From assembly GCA_013152275.1 (NCBI GenBank), contig JAADGS010000070.1, positions 1-64,000 of the forward strand: 64,000 bases of DNA, in the 5' to 3' direction. Position numbers and translations under genes: made by a program. This document shows positions 9,476-18,305 of the stretch, in pieces; the stretch's first letter is position 1, and each line of letters opens with the position of its first letter. The notes below the pieces were generated by a model. The model did no database searches, was not told the DNA's origin, and saw only the letters and a program-made list of their open reading frames with translations. The DNA comes from Actinomycetota bacterium. GTDB taxonomy: Bacteria > Actinomycetota > Acidimicrobiia > Spongiisociales > UBA4744.

Positions 9476-10390
9476 TCAGATCGGAAGGACACCGATGAGC
9501 CGGCCATCGTGATCCACGATCGGGACCGGTGCTCCGTCGAAGAACGAGCCCAGGTCGCTTGCAGCATCGACGGGATCGTCGACGGAGAGGAACACGGGCT
9601 CTTCCATCACGTCCTGTACGGTCGCTCCCTCTGCGGCGTCACGAGCGGTCTCGAGGCGAAACAGGCCGACGAGACTGCCATGTGCCGCAACGGGGACGAC
9701 GGAGGGACCGCCGAGTTTCACCGCCTCGGCGACGGACAGCCACGGTGCAATTGCCGTTGCCGGCTCCGCGGCATGGAAGCAACGCCGGGGGGAGCTGCGC
9801 ACGACGACGATCCCCCCGGGTGCCGCGTGGATCAGTTGGCGGCCAGGCCCGAAGAACTGCCGTTGCAGCCACGAGCCCCCGGGGGCTCCCAGCACGAGCA
9901 GCGCCCCATCGTCCAGGGTCGACAGCAACCCACCGGCACTGGTGACCTGCTCCAGGCGGCGTTCGAGTGCGGGCACGTGCTCACCGATCCTGTCGAGATT
10001 CTCCCGGATGGAGACATCCTCGACCGCGTTGCGGGTGGCCGAGACCAACGATCCCGGAACGCCGAGCGCCACGGCAACCTGTTGGGCCACCCTTCCCGCG
10101 AGCAGCGAGTGCGGCCCTCCACCGACGGCGGCCATCACAGAGGTCACTTGTTTGACGTCGAACTGGTTGGAGGCGACGGAGTCGACGAGGTCGAACGACG
10201 TCAGCCGACGTTGCACGACGAGATCCGCCCTGGCCTCGATGCACTTCTCTCGCAGGTTCCCCTCTGCGAACACCGGCTTTCCGAGAATTCCCGCGAGCTC
10301 CTCGCAGCCGTCGCCACGCGTCCACAGCACCGTCCACAACTCCGGCCCGTTGCTCCGCGCCTCGCCGGGATGCCGCCGATGCCCCATCAT
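9476..10390 (-). CDS. universal-stress-like domain plus C-terminal CBS pair protein
   Basis: MAAVGGGPHS...LLVLGAPGGSWLQRQFFG USP-like pattern; VPVAAHGSLVGL, TVQDVM, VPIVDHDGRLIGVL CBS motifs; start uncertain. Confidence 0.65.
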   Translation of the reverse strand: MMGHRRHPGEARSNGPELWTVLWTRGDGCEELAGILGKPVFAEGNLREKCIEARADLVVQRRLTSFDLVDSVASNQFDVKQVTSVMAAVGGGPHSLLAGRVAQQVAVALGVPGSLVSATRNAVEDVSIRENLDRIGEHVPALERRLEQVTSAGGLLSTLDDGALLVLGAPGGSWLQRQFFGPGRQLIHAAPGGIVVVRSSPRRCFHAAEPATAIAPWLSVAEAVKLGGPSVVPVAAHGSLVGLFRLETARDAAEGATVQDVMEEPVFLSVDDPVDAASDLGSFFDGAPVPIVDHDGRLIGVLPI

Positions 10391-10448
10391 TCGATCCGTC
10401 TGTGCTGCACGTACCCTGATCCTATCCTGATCGTGTCTGGACGGAGTT

Positions 10449-11219
10449 TCAGGTCCAGAACTCTCTGAGGGCATCGTTGACCCGTTCGGGGGCTTCCACC
10501 GGCGTCAGGTGTCCCGCTCCGGGCACCGTGACCAACGTGGACCCCGGGATCAGCTCCGCCATGGCCTCGGCGACCGTCGGTGGCGTCGGCTGATCCTCCT
10601 GACCGACCAGCACCAGGGTCGGGACGGTGATGGTCGCGAGGATGCCGGTACGGTCGGGTCTGCGAGCCATGCCTTCGAGCGCAGCCACGACCGTCTCGGG
10701 AGCGGTCGACTCGATCATGCCTCGCAGCCGCGCCCGCGCAACGACCGAGGCGTCCAGGGCAAGCAATCTGTCGATCAGGCCATCGACCAATGCACCCATA
10801 CCCTTGTCTGCGACCTGCTCGGCCATGAGTCTTCGCCCCGCTCTTCCTTCCTCACTGTCCTCACCCGATCTCGTGTCGAACAACGACAGCGAACGGATCA
10901 CCTGCGGATGTCGCTCCCACAGCGCAAGCGCCGCGTATCCACCCATGGACAGGGCGACGACGTCGGCCTGGCGATCACCGATGAATTCGGCAAGGTCGTC
11001 TGCGATCCGACTCATCGTCAGGACCCGATCACGCAACGGATCAGACCTGCCGAACCCGGGGAGATCGAGGGCGACGCATCGCCGCACCGGCGACAACGCC
11101 TCCACCTGATCCAGCCACATCCGGTGATCGAGAGGAAACCCGTGAACGAACACCGCAAGGGGACCCTGCCCTCGCTCATGGAAGGCGATCGATTGCCCTC
11201 CGATGTCTCGATACTGCAT
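10449..11219 (-). CDS. alpha/beta fold hydrolase (3-oxoadipate enol-lactonase-like)
   Basis: FVHGFP, DLPGFG, ALSMGG nucleophile, GQED, AGHL. Confidence 0.9.
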   Translation of the reverse strand: MQYRDIGGQSIAFHERGQGPLAVFVHGFPLDHRMWLDQVEALSPVRRCVALDLPGFGRSDPLRDRVLTMSRIADDLAEFIGDRQADVVALSMGGYAALALWERHPQVIRSLSLFDTRSGEDSEEGRAGRRLMAEQVADKGMGALVDGLIDRLLALDASVVARARLRGMIESTAPETVVAALEGMARRPDRTGILATITVPTLVLVGQEDQPTPPTVAEAMAELIPGSTLVTVPGAGHLTPVEAPERVNDALREFWT

Positions 11220-11232
11220 ACGACCACACTAC

Positions 11233-11254
11233 TGTCACCCCCGACTCGTACCAT
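11233..11254 (+). promoter_or_regulatory. PafBC/RecA-NDp-like promoter TGTCAC-N10-TACCAT, leaderless
   Basis: TGTCAC 11233-11238, exactly 10 nt, TACCAT 11249-11254, ATG at 11262. Confidence 0.55.
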
Positions 11255-11261
11255 CTCGACC

Positions 11262-12053
11262 ATGAGAAAACTCCTCGCGGCAATCCTGCTGGTGCTGACG
11301 GCGTGCTCTGCACAGCAGGGGACAACCGTCCTTCGCGTCATCGACGGTGACACATTGATCGTTCGACGAGGGGGAGAGAAGATCAGGGTCCGGCTGATCG
11401 GCATCAATGCCCCGGAGCACGACGAGTGCTACGGATCTCAGGCCACCCAGGCACTTCGTCACCTTGTCGATGGGCGAACGGTGACGCTGGTCACCGACAC
11501 CGAAGCATCCGACCAATACGGTCGGCTCCTCGCGTACGTCTATGTGGATGGGAAACTCGCCAATCAAAGCCTCGTGGAGGACGGCTTCGCCCTGGCTCGA
11601 CCCTATCCGCCCAACACCTCCCTTCAACCTGACCTCGATCGGGCGATGCAGCGTGCCAGAAGGGAGCGTGCCGGCATGTGGGCCCCTTCGGCCTGCGGGT
11701 CGAAACCGTCGGCGATCGTCGATATCGGCCGCATCTCCTTCAACCCTCCGGGCCCCGACGGCCAACACCTCGACCAGGAGACCGTGACACTCCGCAACAA
11801 CCAGGAGTCCCCGATCGACCTCTCGGGATGGACGCTCAGAGACGGTTCCAGCGTTCACCGGTTCGTATTCCCCGCCGGGTTCGAGCTTCTTCCGGGCACC
11901 GGCGTCACCGTCCACACGGGTTGTGGGCGAGACGGCTCCGAAGACCTCCACTGGTGTGCCGACGGCCCCATCTGGAACAACGAAGGGGACATCGTCATGC
12001 TATTCGACGATTCGGGAGCACTTGTCTCTTCTATCACGTATTCTCCTCGGTAG
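11262..12053 (+). CDS. lipoprotein thermonuclease (SNase) fused to lamin tail domain
   Basis: lipobox LTAC; DGDT, RLIGINAPE, DQYGRLLAYV; LTD motifs ETVTLRN, DLSGWTLRD, IWNNEGD. Confidence 0.9.
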   Translation: MRKLLAAILLVLTACSAQQGTTVLRVIDGDTLIVRRGGEKIRVRLIGINAPEHDECYGSQATQALRHLVDGRTVTLVTDTEASDQYGRLLAYVYVDGKLANQSLVEDGFALARPYPPNTSLQPDLDRAMQRARRERAGMWAPSACGSKPSAIVDIGRISFNPPGPDGQHLDQETVTLRNNQESPIDLSGWTLRDGSSVHRFVFPAGFELLPGTGVTVHTGCGRDGSEDLHWCADGPIWNNEGDIVMLFDDSGALVSSITYSPR

Positions 12054-12086
12054 ACACAGATCGATAGACACAGAGAGGAGAAGGGT

Positions 12087-12425
12087 ATGGGATTCGCAGA
12101 CACGCTCAAGGGCCTGTTTGGCAAGGCGAAAGAGCAGGCCGTCGAGGCCGCGGACAAGGCGAAGGAAATGGCCGAAGACCTCAGTGAGAAGGCCGCACCG
12201 ATGGTGGACAAGGCGAAGGAAATGGCCGAAGACTTCGGTGAGAAGGCCGCGCCGATGGTGGACAAGGCCAAAGACGTCGCCGCGGAGGCCTTCGACAAGG
12301 CGAAAGACGTCGCCGGAGAGGTTCGGGAGAAGGTCGAAGACAAGATGGACGAGCTGCGCGGTGCCGAAGAAGGCACACCTGCAGAAGAAGCCGCCGGCGG
12401 CACGGAAGGCACCGTCGAAGGCTGA
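12087..12425 (+). CDS. small acidic repeat protein (LEA/YtxH-like helical repeats)
   Basis: DKAKEMAED/DKAKDVA repeats; SD AGGAG. Confidence 0.75.
   Translation: MGFADTLKGLFGKAKEQAVEAADKAKEMAEDLSEKAAPMVDKAKEMAEDFGEKAAPMVDKAKDVAAEAFDKAKDVAGEVREKVEDKMDELRGAEEGTPAEEAAGGTEGTVEG
12153..12260 (+). repeat. 54-bp (18-aa) tandem repeat, two copies, followed by 33-bp degenerate units
   Basis: GACAAGGCGAAGGAAATGGCCGAAGAC at 12153 and 12207; GACAAGGC again at 12261. Confidence 0.85.
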
Positions 12426-12433
12426 GCACCTTC

Positions 12434-12469
12434 ACGAAGAGGGGTGCACGGTCGTGCACCCCTCTTCGT
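12434..12469. terminator. bidirectional terminator-like hairpin between convergent genes
   Basis: perfect 16-bp inverted repeat ACGAAGAGGGGTGCAC-ggtc-GTGCACCCCTCTTCGT. Confidence 0.8.
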
Positions 12470-14019
12470 CAGACGAGCCAGCGCTCGGCGACCGTCTTCA
12501 TCTCCATGAACAGGCGCAGATAGTCGGGGCCCCCCGCCTTCGCGTTCGAGCCGGACATGTTGAAACCACCGAACGGCTGAACTCCGACCAGGGCACCGGT
12601 GATCTTGCGATTGATGTACAGGTTCCCCACGTGGAACTCCTGCCGTGCACGCTCGATGCGGTCCCGCCGCGCCGAGAACAACCCCCCGGTCAGGCCATAC
12701 TGCGTGCCGTTGAAGATCTCGACGGCATGGTCGAAGTCCCTGGCACGAAGAACCGACATCACCGGTCCGAAAATCTCATGCTGTGCAATGTATGCATCCG
12801 GAGCAACGTCCGCGAATACGGTCGGCCGGATGTAGTAGCCGCCGTCGAGATCCACAGGATCCCCACCTGTCAGCAGCTTGGCTTCGCCTCGGCCCCGTTC
12901 GATGTCGGCGAGGATGTTTCGCTGCTGGACGGCACTGATCACCGCATTGACCTGCACGTTGTCTTCTGCAGGGCCCACAGGCAGGGCCGATGTGGCTTCG
13001 ACGACCCTGTCGAGTATCGCGTCGTAGACGTCATCGACCACGATCAGTCTCGACAACGCCGAACACTTCTGGCCTTGGAACCCGTAGGCGCTGACGACGG
13101 CGGCGGCGGCAGCCGCATCGAGATCGGCCGTCTCGTCGACGACAAGTGCATCCTTTCCGCCCATCTCCATGTAGGCCCTCTTGAGCCAGGGCTGACCTTC
13201 GTGCACGACGGCGGCCCGTTCGGCGATCCGCAGCCCCACCTCCATGGATCCCGTGAAGTTGATGAAGCGAGTTCTCGGGTGGTCGACCAGAACATCGCCG
13301 ATTTCGCTCCCGGCTCCGGGCAGGAAGTTGATGACGCCCGGAGGAAAACCTGCATCCTCGACGGCCTGCATGAACATCGCCGCCACGACAGGTGTCGTCG
13401 ACGCCGGCTTGACCACGACCGTGTTCCCGGCGGCGACCGGCCCGGCGGCCATTCCGGCCAGGATGGCAAGTGGGAAGTTCCACGGTGGGATCACAACGCC
13501 TGCACCGATCGGAACCAGATGGGACTCGTTCTCCTCTCCAGGGTAGGAGAACACGGGAAGGGGCCTCGAGAACTCGATGGCCTGCCGTGCGTAGTACTCG
13601 CAGAAGTCGATCGCCTCGGCGACATCGGCCTCGGCCTCCAGCCAGTTCTTCGATGCCTCCAGAGTCTCCCACGCCGAGATCTCATACTTACGATCGCGAA
13701 GAATCGCCGCGAGCTTGACCAGGTGCCGGCCCCGTTCATCGGCGCCGAGTCGTGACCATGAGGCATAGGCGTCCCACGCGGCGAGCAGCGCACGCTCGGC
13801 AGCCTCGGTATCGGCCATCGAAACCGTGCCGATGACCTCGTCGGGATGGGCAGGGTTCAGGCTCTCGATCTCTCGATCGGTCACCACCTTCTCACCGCCG
13901 ATCACCAACGGGTGGTGCGTGAATCGACCTCGAACGCCTCGAAGGGCCTCCTGGTACGCGGCCGCGTTGTCTGGATCGGAGAAATCTGAATACGGCTCAT
14001 TCACGTACGGCTCGAACAA
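12469..14019 (-). CDS. pruA: L-glutamate gamma-semialdehyde (P5C) dehydrogenase
   Basis: EAIDFCEYY, PPWNFP, FTGS, MEMGGKD, FQGQKCSA, QPFGGFNMSG, KAGGPDYL; TTG start after AGGAGG. Confidence 0.92.
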   Translation of the reverse strand: MFEPYVNEPYSDFSDPDNAAAYQEALRGVRGRFTHHPLVIGGEKVVTDREIESLNPAHPDEVIGTVSMADTEAAERALLAAWDAYASWSRLGADERGRHLVKLAAILRDRKYEISAWETLEASKNWLEAEADVAEAIDFCEYYARQAIEFSRPLPVFSYPGEENESHLVPIGAGVVIPPWNFPLAILAGMAAGPVAAGNTVVVKPASTTPVVAAMFMQAVEDAGFPPGVINFLPGAGSEIGDVLVDHPRTRFINFTGSMEVGLRIAERAAVVHEGQPWLKRAYMEMGGKDALVVDETADLDAAAAAAVVSAYGFQGQKCSALSRLIVVDDVYDAILDRVVEATSALPVGPAEDNVQVNAVISAVQQRNILADIERGRGEAKLLTGGDPVDLDGGYYIRPTVFADVAPDAYIAQHEIFGPVMSVLRARDFDHAVEIFNGTQYGLTGGLFSARRDRIERARQEFHVGNLYINRKITGALVGVQPFGGFNMSGSNAKAGGPDYLRLFMEMKTVAERWLV

Positions 14020-14101
14020 TGCGCCTCCTTTTTCGGCACCCCCAGCCTATCGCGATTGCCACGGGACTCATGTGTGCAGGTAGGTTTGATTCTGCTCCAT
14101 C

Positions 14102-14761
14102 ATGAACGATCCAATCGAAGTTCTGAACACCGCGGCGAGAGATGAATGGGCGGACCCACTGGGGACCGCCGCGGCCATCGCAGAGGCGGTTCGCTCCCTC
14201 GTCGACCAGAACTGGACCGAGGGGCTCGCCGCGGTACAACAACTGCGGCGGCGACGGATGGACAGCCCGCTGGTACTCGCTGTCACGGACCCCGCATTGG
14301 ATCCGGATCCGGAGCGCGTGAAAGCCGGCCTCGGCGAGGTCGAACGCAAGATTCGAGACACATCCTGGACCCAGGAACTCGGCCTTCGCCTCGCTCACCA
14401 CGCTTCGCTCGGAGTTCTGTCGCTCGGCGATGCCACGTTGTCGATCCTCGAAGTCGTAGCTTTCAGAAGCTCACAGGAAACGGACCTCTTCGTCGACAGA
14501 TCGTCCATCGCTCGCGGGCTCGGCTACCTGCGACTTCCGATCGTGGTCGCTCCTCCAGAGGAGGCTGCCGCGGTCCTGATTCCCGTGGCGGCGCGATTCC
14601 GGAATCGAATCTGGACGACCGCTCGAGCTGCAGACATCGCTCTCCGAGCAGAGGCGAGGGCGACGCGTATCGTGCCCGTCGTCCATCCTCTGGCCGTACT
14701 CTCCCCGCTCGCACGGACCGTGTACCGGCCGGCGGCGACCCTCATCGATGTGGAGATCTGA
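14102..14761 (+). CDS. hypothetical protein, possibly degenerate eIF-2B-fold
   Basis: only plausible ORF between pruA and serC; hydrophobic pattern parallels the protein at 21517..22377. Confidence 0.6.
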   Translation: MNDPIEVLNTAARDEWADPLGTAAAIAEAVRSLVDQNWTEGLAAVQQLRRRRMDSPLVLAVTDPALDPDPERVKAGLGEVERKIRDTSWTQELGLRLAHHASLGVLSLGDATLSILEVVAFRSSQETDLFVDRSSIARGLGYLRLPIVVAPPEEAAAVLIPVAARFRNRIWTTARAADIALRAEARATRIVPVVHPLAVLSPLARTVYRPAATLIDVEI

Positions 14762-14799
14762 AGTTCGCTGCGCTCTGGCGGCCTGCCGGGCCCGACCTC

Positions 14800-15897
14800 T
14801 CACAGGTGGTCGACGACGTACTCGATGCTGGCGAGAAGTCGCTCGACGTCGGCAGGATCCGTCGCCGGCCACACGCCGATGCGCAGTTGATTCCTGCCGA
14901 GCTTGCGATACGCCTCCGTGTCGAGGATGCCGTTGCTGCGCAGCGCCTCCGACACGGCGGCCACATCCACCGTGAAGTCGATCGTCACGGTCACCGGTGA
15001 CCGCATCGCCCGGTCCTCGACGAACGCCGAGGCGTAGGGAACCTGCTCGGCCCACTCGTACACCCGCGATGACATGGCGCGGCAGCGCTCGACCGCCCAG
15101 GAGAGGCCTCCCTGTTCGATCATCCAGCCGATCTGCGCCTCGAGCAGGAACAACGTGATCAGACCCGGTGTGTTGAGCGTCTGGTCCAGTCTGGAGTTGC
15201 GAAGCGCGCTCTCCAGATTCAGTGACGGCGGTATGGCTCTACCCGATGCCGAGATCCGTTCGATTCGATCGATGGCGGCGGGAGAGAGCAACGCGATCCA
15301 GAGTCCTCCATCGGCACCGAACGCCTTCTGCGGAGAGAAGTAGTACACATCGACCGCCCGCATGTCCACCGGGAGCGCTCCCGCAGCGGACGTGGCGTCG
15401 ACCGCGACGATGCCGGACCCCGGGCGCAGCAGGGGCATCGTGACGCCGGTCGATGTTTCGTTGTGTGTCAGCGCGTAGAAATCGACCTCCGGATTCGGCT
15501 CCGGAACCGGATGGGTGCCGGGAGGCGACTCGATCACCTGGGGGGGCTCGAGATGGGGCATCCCCGCGACGACCGAAGCGAACCGTGCACTGAACGCCCC
15601 GAAGTCGAGGTGCTGGCTTCGTCGCTCGATCAGCCCGAATGCGGCCGCATCCCAGAATGCCGTTGCTCCTCCGTTTCCGAGCACGACCTCGTACCCGCCG
15701 GGAGTCGAGAAGAGCTCGGCCAGGCCGGAGCGGATGCGATGCACGACATCGCGGACTCCGGGCTGCCGATGCGACGTGCCCACGTAACGTGCGCCGATCT
15801 CGACGAGCGCATCGAGGGCTTCCGGGCGAACCTTGGTCGGGCCCGACCCGAACCTCCCGTCGGAAGGCAATAGATGGCTTGGAATCCGGATGTTCAC
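14800..15897 (-). CDS. serC: phosphoserine aminotransferase (actinobacterial type)
   Basis: DGRFGSGPTKV, GTSHRQ, HNETSTG, DATS, FSPQK, YRKLGRNQLR; GTG 15897. Confidence 0.93.
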   Translation of the reverse strand: MNIRIPSHLLPSDGRFGSGPTKVRPEALDALVEIGARYVGTSHRQPGVRDVVHRIRSGLAELFSTPGGYEVVLGNGGATAFWDAAAFGLIERRSQHLDFGAFSARFASVVAGMPHLEPPQVIESPPGTHPVPEPNPEVDFYALTHNETSTGVTMPLLRPGSGIVAVDATSAAGALPVDMRAVDVYYFSPQKAFGADGGLWIALLSPAAIDRIERISASGRAIPPSLNLESALRNSRLDQTLNTPGLITLFLLEAQIGWMIEQGGLSWAVERCRAMSSRVYEWAEQVPYASAFVEDRAMRSPVTVTIDFTVDVAAVSEALRSNGILDTEAYRKLGRNQLRIGVWPATDPADVERLLASIEYVVDHL

Positions 15898-15942
15898 GGC
15901 ATACTCACTAAAGTCTCGGGGAGTCGTCAAACATAGCGGAAC

Positions 15943-17136
15943 ATGGGCAGGATATCTCAACGCATCGGATCAATTGCAGAGTCGAAGACCTTGGCCGTCA
16001 GCGCGAAAGCGAAGGCGTTGCGAGGAGCGGGACACGCCGTCATCGGTTTTGGAGCCGGCGAGCCCGATTTTCCCACGCCGCCGTACATCGTGGAGGCGGC
16101 AGCCAAAGCCTGCACCGTCCAGGCATATCACAAGTACTCGCCCGCCGCGGGACTCCCGGAACTTCGAGAGGCGGTCGCCGACAAGACCACCAGGGACGCG
16201 GGATTCCCGGTCACGGCCGGCCAGGTACTCATCACGAACGGAGCCAAGCACGCCGTCTTTGCGACCATGGCGACGTTGCTCGATCCGGGCGACGAAGTCC
16301 TGCTGCCTTCCCCCTACTGGGTCACCTACCCCGAAGCGATCAAGCTCGCAGGAGGGATCACCGTCCCCGTCGCGGCCGATGTCGAAAGCGGGTTTCGCGT
16401 CGACATCGACTCGCTCGAGGCGGCGTGGACGCCGAGAACGAAAGCGCTCCTGTTCATCTCCCCTTCGAACCCGACGGGCGCGGTGTACCCGCCGGAGGAG
16501 GTCGAGGCGATCGGTCGCTGGGCGGCCGAGAAGGGCATCTGGGTCGTGAGCGACGACATCTACGAGCACCTCGTGTACGGAGACGCCGAGTACCGGTCGA
16601 TGCCCGGAGTCGTGCCCGCCCTCCGAGACAGGGCCGTGATCATCAATGGTGTGGCGAAGGCCTATGCCATGACCGGATGGCGGGTGGGATGGATGGTCGG
16701 ACCTCCCGACGTCATCGCGGCGGCATCCAACCTGCAGTCGCACTCGACTTCGAACGTGTGCAACATCGCACAAGCCGCGGCCCTCGCTGCGCTACGGGGA
16801 GGCCTCGAGCCTGTCGTTGCGATGCGCGAAGCGTTCGACCGGCGCCGCCGCACGATGTACCGGATCCTTCGAGACATCCCAGGGATCCGTGTCCGGGAAC
16901 CGGAAGGTGCGTTCTACGCCTTCCCGTCCCTCGAAGCCTTCTTGCACCGGCCCATCGGTGGACGGGTGTCGGCCACGACCGCCGAACTTGCAGAAGTCGT
17001 CCTCGAGGAGGCGCTCGTGGCGTTCGTCCCCGGCGAAGCCTTCGGTGCACCCGGATACGGCCGCTTCTCCTACGCCCTCGGGGATGAAGACCTGAACGAG
17101 GGCCTTCGCCGCCTGACCGAGCTTCTCACCGGCTGA
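15943..17136 (+). CDS. class I/II PLP aminotransferase (aspartate aminotransferase-like)
   Basis: [41 protein letters not shown]. Confidence 0.92.
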   Translation: MGRISQRIGSIAESKTLAVSAKAKALRGAGHAVIGFGAGEPDFPTPPYIVEAAAKACTVQAYHKYSPAAGLPELREAVADKTTRDAGFPVTAGQVLITNGAKHAVFATMATLLDPGDEVLLPSPYWVTYPEAIKLAGGITVPVAADVESGFRVDIDSLEAAWTPRTKALLFISPSNPTGAVYPPEEVEAIGRWAAEKGIWVVSDDIYEHLVYGDAEYRSMPGVVPALRDRAVIINGVAKAYAMTGWRVGWMVGPPDVIAAASNLQSHSTSNVCNIAQAAALAALRGGLEPVVAMREAFDRRRRTMYRILRDIPGIRVREPEGAFYAFPSLEAFLHRPIGGRVSATTAELAEVVLEEALVAFVPGEAFGAPGYGRFSYALGDEDLNEGLRRLTELLTG

Positions 17137-17178
17137 GCCAGACACCAACACGTTTACACTCCCGCCAAGGAGGAGTGA

Positions 17179-18258
17179 ATGACGGGCGCGACTGCCAAGG
17201 CGATGCTGCTGGTCGAACCGCAGCGTTTCAGCGCGACGACGTTTGCGATTCCTGAGGTCGAAACCGGCGGTTGGCTTGCGATCGAAGCGACGGGAGTGAG
17301 CGGATCCGACGTCCAGATCTGGCAGGGGACGAACCGATTCATGCGCTACCCGCTGATCCCGGGCCATGAGATCGTCGGGCGGATCGCATCGGTTGTCGAC
17401 GAAGCGTTCGACATCCCCATCGGAACGCGTGTCGTCGTCGAATCGACCATCCGTTGCGGAGCCTGCCGTCGCTGTTTGAGCGGACTCCACTCGTGCGCGT
17501 TCCGCAAACCGATCAATGCCTACGGTCGGCTTCCCTCGACCGAACCACCGAGCCTGTGGGGAGGGTTCGCAGAGTTCCTCTACCTCGATCCCGGTGCACG
17601 ACTCCATCCGATCAGCGACAATATCCAGGCGCCCGTCGCGACCTTCACGCATGCCCTCGCCGACGGGTTCACCTGGACGGTTGAGACTCCCGCCCTTCGA
17701 GCCGGTGACAGTGTCCTGATCCTGGGACCCGGGCCGCGTGGTCTCGCCGCGCTCATCGCGGCGAAAGAGGCCGGTGCCGGTTGGGTCGGTATCAGCGGCC
17801 TCACCGAAGACGGTGACCGTCTCACTCTCGCCAAGGAGCTTGGGGCGGACATGGTCGTCGACGCACGCCAGGCCGACGTGGCAGGCTCCGTCGCAGACAG
17901 TCTCGGAGCCCGCCCCGAAGTGGTTCTGGACGTGACCAGGGATGATCCCGATGCCATCCACACGGCTCTCGACCTGGTCCGCTCCGGCGGCACGGTCGTG
18001 ATCGCTTCGATCAAAGGCGTTCGTGCCGTCAACCAGCTCTTCTCCGACATCATCGTGCTCAAGGAGCTCAACATCCGTGGAGCCTTCGGGGCAAGCTCCG
18101 CCGGTTATCACTGGGCCGCGCAGCACCTGGAAAAGGATCCTCGCCTGGACAAACTGGTCAGCCACGAATTCCCGCTCGACGAGGCGGAACGGGCCATCGA
18201 GGCGTCCGCCGGCCTCCTCGGGCATGAGGAACTCATCTCGGTGGCCGTCACGTTCTGA
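17179..18258 (+). CDS. zinc-binding medium-chain dehydrogenase family protein
   Basis: PGHEIVG, structural Zn CGACRRC...C, GPGPRG nucleotide motif; SD AGGAGG. Confidence 0.85.
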   Translation: MTGATAKAMLLVEPQRFSATTFAIPEVETGGWLAIEATGVSGSDVQIWQGTNRFMRYPLIPGHEIVGRIASVVDEAFDIPIGTRVVVESTIRCGACRRCLSGLHSCAFRKPINAYGRLPSTEPPSLWGGFAEFLYLDPGARLHPISDNIQAPVATFTHALADGFTWTVETPALRAGDSVLILGPGPRGLAALIAAKEAGAGWVGISGLTEDGDRLTLAKELGADMVVDARQADVAGSVADSLGARPEVVLDVTRDDPDAIHTALDLVRSGGTVVIASIKGVRAVNQLFSDIIVLKELNIRGAFGASSAGYHWAAQHLEKDPRLDKLVSHEFPLDEAERAIEASAGLLGHEELISVAVTF

Positions 18259-18305
18259 TCGTCAGGTCCCGGGTGACGGCACGCGTTGCGTTACAGTCGC
18301 CACTC

